This document shows, piece by piece, positions 15,770-20,000 of a stretch of DNA of 20,000 bases. The DNA is from an uncultured virus (IMG/VR IMGVR_UViG_3300028895_001288) (Duplodnaviria; Heunggongvirae; Uroviricota; Caudoviricetes): the IMG/VR virus record IMGVR_UViG_3300028895_001288. One strand, written 5' to 3'. The stretch's first letter is position 1; each line of letters begins with the position of its first letter. The notes beneath the pieces are model-generated. The model did not search any database and was not told the origin of the DNA. It saw only the letters and a program-made list of their open reading frames with translations. Made by a program: the position numbers and the translations under genes.

Positions 15770-17590
15770 ATGGCCAGAGCTTTTCCAGAGCGCTCGGAGT
15801 GCCCGGAAGTTCCCGATAACGACGCGATCGGGACGCTGAACCTCAATGACCCGTCGGAGCCGGCGGACCGCATCATCCAGACGCGGTTCTTCACGTTCCC
15901 TCCACCGGAACCGCCCAACTTTGACTTCGGCTGCTACGGCCCCACCGCGACCGTAAGCGTGTCCGAGGCCTCGTCGGCGGCCGGCGAGGTCGACATCGAG
16001 TACCCGAACGAGGACGAGACGGGGCGCTGTGAGCCACGCTTCAACTTCGACTTCTCCGTGCCGCCCTGTGTGACGGCCAGCACCGAGGCCTCCATTCAGG
16101 TCAGTTCGGAACTGGCGGACCCGGCGGTGGAGTTCGAGGCCTCCCGCAAGACCGGCGACCCTTGTGCCTGGGACTTCCGCTTCAACCTGAACCTGCCCGG
16201 TTTCTGCCCGACGGTGCGCACGGACGCCTCCATCTCCATCAACGCCTCGCTTTCCGACCCGACGGTGGAGTTCGTCGGCGAGCGCGACCCGCTGGAACCG
16301 TGCCGTTTCAACTTCGACCTGGACATCCAGCTGCCGGAGTTCGGAGAGGATGACGTCTGTCAGGCCAGGTTGGCCACCACGGGCAACATTTCCCTGTCGG
16401 GCCTGCAGACCGTAGACGGCGTCGCGGCCAGCGAGGACGACGTGATCCTGGTGCGGGCGCAGTCGACGGGCAGCCAGAACGGCGCCTACCGCATGAAGTC
16501 CGGCGCCTGGGAGCGGACTTGCGACATGTCCCGGGCCGGCATCATCGTAACGGTGCGGGAGGGTGCGGAGTACGCGGGCACGGCGTGGTTGTTGAGCACC
16601 AACGACCCCATCTCGGTGGGTTCAACGCCGCTGACCTTCACCCTGATAAGCGGATCGACCTGCTGCTGTTCAGCCAGGGTCGCCACGCTCGAGGACATCA
16701 CGCTCAGCGGGTTGCAGACGATCGACGGCGTCTCGGTGGCCGAGGACGACATCGTGCTGGTGAAGAACCAGGGCTCCGAGTCGGAGAACGGCCCCTACCT
16801 GGTCAAGGATGGGGCGGCGTGGGAGCGCACCTGCGAGGTCTTCTCCGGGCACACCGTGTCTGTCCGGGAGGGCACGTACCAGAAGCAGACGGTTTGGATG
16901 CTGACCACCGACGGCGCGATCGAGTTGGATACGACGGGGCTCACTTACCGCCAGGTGGTCGACCGCCCAATGTGCCGGGTGGCCTCCGGCGGCCACACAA
17001 TACGCTCAACCACCCGCACGATCGACGGCGTCGCCACGTCCGTCGACGACATCGTCCTGCTCATGAACCAGAACAACCCGGCACAGAACGGCCTTTACCT
17101 GGTCAAGAGCGGGAGCTGGGTGCGCACCGGCGACATCACGCCGGGCATGATCATCACCGTGCAGGAAGGGGCTGTGTACGGCGGGCAGTCCATCGTCCTG
17201 TCCACGGCGGACCCGATCACGGTGGGTACCACGAACCTGACCTTCTCGCCATTGCGCATGGTCGTGCGGGCTTACGTTGCGCTGGACAAGGGGCCGTTCG
17301 GGCAACCCGCTCAGGGGTTGACGGGCACGCCCGACATCGACGATATAACCACGCAGGCCGGCGACGTCGTCCTGGTCTTCAATTCCAGTACGCCGGCGAA
17401 CAACGGTGTTTGGGTCGTGCCGGGTACGGGGGCCTGGCAAGAGGCAATGCCCGGCACCACGGGCTTTGCCGGTACAATCGTCTCCGTGCGGGAAGGGAAC
17501 AGGTTCGGACAGGTTTCCTTCATGATTCTGGGCGGGGCAGACCGGGATATTTGGGGCATCACCGGCGTGGTGGGCCCGAACACAATTTGA
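15770..17590 (+). CDS. Repeat-built phage fibre/decoration protein
   Basis: Four copies of a ~95-100 aa domain of type ARxATTxNIxLSGLQTIDGV...D.VLVKNQ...ENG.Y....GAWER, common in phage fibre/decoration proteins, preceded by three ~45 aa Cys-bracketed repeats. Confidence 0.75.
   Translation: MARAFPERSECPEVPDNDAIGTLNLNDPSEPADRIIQTRFFTFPPPEPPNFDFGCYGPTATVSVSEASSAAGEVDIEYPNEDETGRCEPRFNFDFSVPPCVTASTEASIQVSSELADPAVEFEASRKTGDPCAWDFRFNLNLPGFCPTVRTDASISINASLSDPTVEFVGERDPLEPCRFNFDLDIQLPEFGEDDVCQARLATTGNISLSGLQTVDGVAASEDDVILVRAQSTGSQNGAYRMKSGAWERTCDMSRAGIIVTVREGAEYAGTAWLLSTNDPISVGSTPLTFTLISGSTCCCSARVATLEDITLSGLQTIDGVSVAEDDIVLVKNQGSESENGPYLVKDGAAWERTCEVFSGHTVSVREGTYQKQTVWMLTTDGAIELDTTGLTYRQVVDRPMCRVASGGHTIRSTTRTIDGVATSVDDIVLLMNQNNPAQNGLYLVKSGSWVRTGDITPGMIITVQEGAVYGGQSIVLSTADPITVGTTNLTFSPLRMVVRAYVALDKGPFGQPAQGLTGTPDIDDITTQAGDVVLVFNSSTPANNGVWVVPGTGAWQEAMPGTTGFAGTIVSVREGNRFGQVSFMILGGADRDIWGITGVVGPNTI
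15932..16335 (+). repeat. Three ~45-aa Cys-bracketed intragenic repeats
   Basis: CYGPTATVSV...CEPRFNFDFSVPP / CVTASTEASIQVSSELADPAVEF...DPCAWDFRFNLNLPGF / CPTVRTDASISINASLSDPTVEF...EPCRFNFDLDIQLP. Confidence 0.75.
16358..17530 (+). repeat. Four tandem ~300-bp domain repeats
   Basis: Units start at about 16358, 16667, 16970 and 17264, sharing [TD][VI]D[GD]...D[VI][VI]L...NG.[YW]...G.W...V.V.EG. Confidence 0.8.
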
Positions 17591-17597
17591 GGTTTAT

Positions 17598-19613
17598 ATG
17601 TCACTGGTCATATGGCGACCCTACGAGACGGAAGGCGACACTGATTGGCCGGCAGAACTGCGCGGCGGCGGCGAGGACTGGTGGCCGCGCCGTCACTTCG
17701 ACGTGGAGAACATCATCGGGCGTCACGATATTTACTCCGATCCCCCGACGTGCATAGAGATGGCTTCGGAACACTCGAAGGGCCTTAACCAGATCATCGC
17801 CGTTATGAAGTACATGGTCTACGCGTACGACCTCCACCTTTTTACCCCTACGCCTGACTATGTGGACGTGGACGAGTTTCAACAGGTCGGGTTTTCCAAG
17901 CGGTTCCCGGAACGAAATTTGTGGGACGACATCAAGCGCGACATAAACAACCTGCGAAGTGTCATAGGTGTTCCCGCTTTTTCATGGACGCTGCCTTACA
18001 TCCGCCAGGTCCCCTTTATCCCGGGCGACGAACGGAAGTCGATGATCGGGAAGAACAAGATCAGCTTCGTCGATCTGACCGAGTTCAGACAAGCGTTGAC
18101 CGAAGACGTGTATACGGCAGTCACGTTGCCGGAGTACTTTCAAGCAAAACCGTCTCAAGCCTACGTGAGAGAGTTTCAGGAGAAGTACCCGTCGGACATC
18201 ACTGGCTATTTTTGGACGGCGGGTATGCGCATGCACATGAATCAGTATACGGGGTGTGGTGCGAGCGGTACGAGTGACCTGACAACGCTGGATAACTACT
18301 TTGACTGGTACTTCGACAAGCGACCCAACCACCACTACCCGGACCCTCCAGTGCACATTTCTCCGACAAAAGTGATCTTGTATTTGGAAGGTGAACGCAG
18401 CGAGCTTACTTGGAGCAGAGGCCCGGGGTGTCCTTCTTGTTCAGGTGACCATTATATTTATACCGGACAAAGAGGCATTTTCATGTTTAAGATTCCCCCC
18501 ACGGCCGGGACATTGCCCATCACCAAGATCACGTTGTACGGAACAACGGCAGGAGCTATAGCGGGTGTGGATGACAACGTGAGCTTCTGGATGCCTACGG
18601 AGGAATTTCTGAACGACGGGATGGAAGACCCCGGCGCGTATGGCTCGCCGCTTGACAACATGTATCCTTTCGGCTTCGGTGGAGGTTTCAGACGCGTGCT
18701 TTGGAGACCGGCTACGCCGCAGTCTTTTCCCATGCTCGGAGGAAACAGTTCTTATCAGGAGTACACATGGGGCGGCGGTGCGGGCGGCGGTTTGGGCACG
18801 ACAATGGTACAAGCCGTATCCTGGGTGAATGATCCCCTCCCCACTTATGACGGGATACGTTTCAATACGCTCGGCCACGTCCTCTATGTAGGCGGCACGA
18901 AGGTATGCGATTTCAGGAACTCAGCGTGCGTAACGCCTCCAGACCCATGCCTGGAATGTAGCCTCGGCGCAGGGGTCCTTCTTCTGGGCCAGGACGATCC
19001 CCGTGAGAACGGGTACTGGAGGGTCACAATGAGTGACCCCGACGGCAAAGGGTTGAAGCTGAATGTGACAAAACGCGGAAACCTTTGTCCGTACGCTTAC
19101 TACCCTTCGGACATCGGTATTGCCTGTGAAGACGCTCAATTCATGTTTGCGACGTATCCCGACGACGGCGGAAGAGCCGGGTCGGTGTGGACGATAACGT
19201 CAGACCCCGTTGAATGTTCTTCGCTGTCGTCGGACGCGTCGGACTGTTCGGAGACCAGCGCGCAGAGTATTTCTTCCTCTACACCCTTTTCGTCGTCGTC
19301 GTCGTTCGGTTCCTGCGGAGGACCCTTGAGGTTGCGCAAGATGACGGACTACGAACTCAGATACAGGAAGATTGCCACTTTACCGGATTGGGGCATTAAG
19401 CTGGGAACACACGACATGAGCGTGTACGATCATGGAGATCCGTTTGAAATTGAGCTGACAAACATCCCGGACTACGTGCGGGACGCGTGCCATGACTACT
19501 GGATGGTTGTTTCGCTTGATAAGGAGGTTGCGCGGACGGGCGTCTTTGACGAAGCGCTGTCGCTGCTTCTGTCTCGCTTGGAATTCGAGTTCGGTTCATC
19601 GTCGTCAGCCTAG
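17598..19613 (+). CDS. Large hypothetical protein (671 aa), lower GC, probable virion appendage or receptor-binding protein
   Basis: SD GAGG then ATG. Contains a degenerate copy of the upstream fibre domain (VLLLGQDDPRENGYWRVT...GSVWTITSDP), is Cys- and aromatic-rich with Ser tracts, and is about 51% GC in a hand-counted 300-nt sample (18241-18540). Confidence 0.7.
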   Translation: MSLVIWRPYETEGDTDWPAELRGGGEDWWPRRHFDVENIIGRHDIYSDPPTCIEMASEHSKGLNQIIAVMKYMVYAYDLHLFTPTPDYVDVDEFQQVGFSKRFPERNLWDDIKRDINNLRSVIGVPAFSWTLPYIRQVPFIPGDERKSMIGKNKISFVDLTEFRQALTEDVYTAVTLPEYFQAKPSQAYVREFQEKYPSDITGYFWTAGMRMHMNQYTGCGASGTSDLTTLDNYFDWYFDKRPNHHYPDPPVHISPTKVILYLEGERSELTWSRGPGCPSCSGDHYIYTGQRGIFMFKIPPTAGTLPITKITLYGTTAGAIAGVDDNVSFWMPTEEFLNDGMEDPGAYGSPLDNMYPFGFGGGFRRVLWRPATPQSFPMLGGNSSYQEYTWGGGAGGGLGTTMVQAVSWVNDPLPTYDGIRFNTLGHVLYVGGTKVCDFRNSACVTPPDPCLECSLGAGVLLLGQDDPRENGYWRVTMSDPDGKGLKLNVTKRGNLCPYAYYPSDIGIACEDAQFMFATYPDDGGRAGSVWTITSDPVECSSLSSDASDCSETSAQSISSSTPFSSSSSFGSCGGPLRLRKMTDYELRYRKIATLPDWGIKLGTHDMSVYDHGDPFEIELTNIPDYVRDACHDYWMVVSLDKEVARTGVFDEALSLLLSRLEFEFGSSSSA

Positions 19614-19623
19614 AGGCGCGCTC

Positions 19624-20000
19624 ATGCTGCATCTACCTTTCAAGCTGTCGCCAACGGGCAGGGCGGAGCGTCCCAAGATCAACCGGCCCGCGCCTGCGCC
19701 CGCGCCTGCGCCCGCGCCTGCGCCCGCTCCCGTAATAGAACCCGAGGAAAACGTGTCGCACATGATAACGGACGACAACGTGTTGGACTTGCTGGACAAC
19801 CAGCGCGTACTGTCGTTTCTTCCACACCTGGGTCCTGCCTTTAGCGGGTGGAAACCCAAGAAACCTTGCCCGCGAGAAGAGGAGCGCAGGGAGTACGCCA
19901 AGGTGCTCCGGCGCATGCTTCGCCACATGAAGCCGAAGCGCAGACGCCTGCTCAAGAAGGCTCTGCGTGTGAGGCGGCTGACGTTCAGTCTTGAAGGCGG
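19624..20000 (+). CDS. Hypothetical basic protein with Pro-Ala linker, 3'-truncated; not in the supplied ORF track
   Basis: GAGG at 19613-19616 and ATG at 19624. Manual translation is open to the window end: MLHLPFKLSPTGRAERPKINRPAPAPAPAPAPAPAPVIEPEENVSHMITDDNVLDLLDNQRVLSFLPHL...KKPCPREEERREYAKVLRRMLRHMKPKRRRLLKKALRVRRLTFSLEG. Confidence 0.7.
   Translation, partial: MLHLPFKLSPTGRAERPKINRPAPAPAPAPAPAPAPVIEPEENVSHMITDDNVLDLLDNQRVLSFLPHLGPAFSGWKPKKPCPREEERREYAKVLRRMLRHMKPKRRRLLKKALRVRRLTFSLEG
19687..19731 (+). repeat. 12-bp tandem repeat (CCCGCGCCTGCG x3 plus a partial copy) encoding a Pro-Ala linker
   Basis: Three perfect copies at 19687-19722 followed by CCCGCTCCC. Confidence 0.9.

Noticed and set aside
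15932..17530. Repeats as a diversity-generating retroelement template/variable pair
   Set aside because: Differences are not adenine-specific, all copies are in-frame protein domains, and no reverse transcriptase is present in the window.
19687..19731. Tandem repeat as a CRISPR array or origin iterons
   Set aside because: 12-bp units with no spacers, in frame within a CDS, encoding Pro-Ala.
19605..19955. Minus-strand ORFs 19605..19955 and 19633..19926
   Set aside because: The + strand frame from 19624 has an SD, follows the operon direction and reads as a more plausible protein.
1..20000. tRNA/rRNA genes, IS elements, introns/inteins, alternative genetic code
   Set aside because: Intergenic gaps are at most about 70 nt, no transposase or intein motifs were seen, and genes ending in TAA, TAG and TGA are each followed closely by the next start, consistent with the standard code.

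Overview
High-GC window (about 65-68% in core genes, by hand-counted samples) that is gene-dense, with every credible gene on the + strand and many overlapping or closely abutting stop/start codons. It reads as the baseplate/tail-appendage module of a large contractile-tailed phage or prophage. An extracellular contractile injection system cannot be excluded because no capsid, sheath or terminase gene lies in the window. Gene order: 5'-truncated sigma-70 factor, hypothetical, gp25-like wedge, small membrane protein, baseplate J/gp6-like, three basic putative metalloproteases, gpI/gp7-like wedge, glycine-zipper protein, tail-collar-like protein, fibre-like protein, five tandem Cys-rich paralogs, a repeat-built fibre protein, a lower-GC large protein, and a 3'-truncated ORF. 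The main observation is that four inserted basic proteins (two HExxH peptidases, one JAB-like protein, one glycine zipper) share an 11-residue N-terminal leader, M-[ND]-x-[KR]-A-[YF]-L-[IL]-K-x-A, conserved at the protein level. This suggests a packaging or processing signal for a set of injected cargo proteins. All family assignments come from motif recognition by eye; no database searches were run.
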